Shown here one piece after another: positions 62,793 through 64,000 of a stretch of DNA of 64,000 bases (positions are counted from its first letter, which is position 1; each line of letters opens with the position of its first letter). Both the position numbers and the translations under genes were made by a program. The stretch is from Chiloscyllium plagiosum (taxonomy: Eukaryota): assembly GCF_004010195.1 (NCBI RefSeq), contig NC_057719.1, positions 27,075,623 to 27,139,622 of the forward strand. The letters are read 5' to 3'. Under the pieces are notes generated by a model. That model was not told the DNA's origin. It worked only from the letters and a program-made list of their open reading frames with translations, and did no database searches.

Positions 62793-63444
62793 GGCAGTAT
62801 CCAAGGAGCAGGAGAATCGACGTTTTGGGCATGAGCCCTTCTTCAGGAATGCAGACAGGACCGTATCGAGGTGAGTTCGGTGGGGCAGGAGCAGGCTGAG
62901 ACAATGGATCGGCCGGGGCAGTCAGATTTGTGGATTTTGGGCAGGAGGTAGAAACGGGTGGTGCTGGGTTGTGGGACTATGAGGTTGGAGGCGGTGGATG
63001 GGAGATCCCCTGAGGTGATGAGGTTATGGATGGTCTGGAAGATGATAGTTTGGTGGTGGGAGGTGGGGTCATGGTCAAGGGGGCAGTAGAAGGAGGTGTC
63101 CGCGAGCTGGCGTTTAGCCTCAGCGGTGTATAGGTCGGTGCGCCAAACTACTACCGCGCCTCCCTTGTCTGCCGGTTTGATAGTGAGGTTGGGATTGGAA
63201 TGGAGGGAGTGGAGGGCTGCACGTTCCAAGGGTGAGAGGTTGGAGTGGGTAAGAGGGGTGGAGAGGTTGAGGCGGTTAATGTCGCGGCGGCAGTTGGCTA
63301 TGAAGAGATCGAGGGCATTCCTGAAGAAGGGCTCATGCCCGAAATGTCGATTCTCCTGCTCCTTGGATGCTGCCTGACCTGCTGCGCTTTTCCAGCAACA
63401 CATTTTCAGCTCTGATCTCCAGCATCTGCAGTCCTCACTTTCTC
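62793..63444. mobile_element. Rearranged Penelope-like insertion: inverted pLTR + antisense RT fragment + pLTR
   Basis: Minus-strand ORF piece ALDLFIANCRRDI...IKPADKGGAVVVW...FYLLPKIHK...GRSIVS (62853-63314); 18-bp TSD cactgccgcagt(t/g)agtca at 62775-62792 and 63445-63462. Confidence 0.9.
63317..63350 (+). ncRNA. Minimal hammerhead ribozyme motif, family A, intact core
   Basis: ATTC-CTGAAGA-A-GGGC-TCAT-GCCC-GAAA-T-GTC-GA. Confidence 0.72.
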
Positions 63445-63574
63445 CACTGCCGCAGTGAGTCAAGGGTGTGGTCCTATTTCTCTCAAAAGTGTTAGCCATC
63501 ATCAGTCAGGCATTTGCGGGTGTATGGGGATCTGCGAGTTTCCTGCCCAAGTCATGGGCCATGGTTAGTCTTGC

Positions 63575-63760
63575 ACATCAATTGCAACCAATCCAGCATT
63601 AGAACTTCCAAACCCTTGACTACTACCATCTAGAAGGATGAAGGCAACAGCAGCACAAGAAGGCAGCTCACCATCACCTTCTCAAGGGCAACTAGAGATG
63701 GGCAATAGCTGCTGGCGCAGCCAGTGATGTCAACATCCCCTGAAAGAATACAAAGAAGAT
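63575..63760 (+). mobile_element. 3' fragment of the second LINE family
   Basis: ccatctagaaggatgaaggcaacag...gctcaccatcaccttctcaagggcaactagagatgggcaatagctgctggc. Confidence 0.7.
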
Positions 63761-64000
63761 AGATTATTCATGGTGCTGTGGAGACATCAGTCTAGGTGGT
63801 GGACCAGTTTCTCCTGCAATGTGACAAAGCTAGGGATTGAGTGTAATGTGAGAAAGTTGTGTACAGCAGAGTTAGAGTGAGTGGTGGCTCTGTAAGTGTG
63901 AAGTAACAGAGTGAAGATGGTGTCACTTACCCTTGCAGAGTGCAATCTTCTTCCTGCACTGCTGGGTTTTCTGCTTTACCCCAGGATAGAGTGTTGACCT

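Overview
Vertebrate genomic DNA, almost certainly from a cartilaginous fish: HE1-type V-SINEs and HER1-type CR1 LINEs dominate. The only host coding sequence I can support is one 197-bp internal exon (4726-4922, +) of the EAG-family potassium channel KCNH5 (Kv10.2/EAG2), encoding part of the cyclic-nucleotide-binding homology domain. Everything else is intron; no downstream exon is seen in the remaining ~59 kb. The intron holds degenerate retroelements: several CR1 families (two retaining a zinc-finger + SGNH-esterase ORF1), a Rex1/Babar fragment, Penelope-like elements (PLEs), at least three SINE families, and a possible Harbinger relic. Highlights: (1) about 18 minimal type-I hammerhead ribozyme (HHR) motifs or remnants in three sequence families. 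Many sit in short fold-back or nested insertions, several with 12-18 bp target-site duplications (TSDs), and their breakpoints recur just 5' of the HHR core. (2) One HHR family (inferred consensus GTC-CTGATGA-GTGCAAGAC-GAAA-AGCTTC-GAC) has no linked ORF in the window. (3) A near-perfect 257-bp inverted duplication of local sequence would form a long dsRNA stem in the KCNH5 pre-mRNA. Two N-gaps (39366-39511, 49239-50020) limit interpretation. Repeat boundaries were read by eye and are approximate unless a TSD is quoted.
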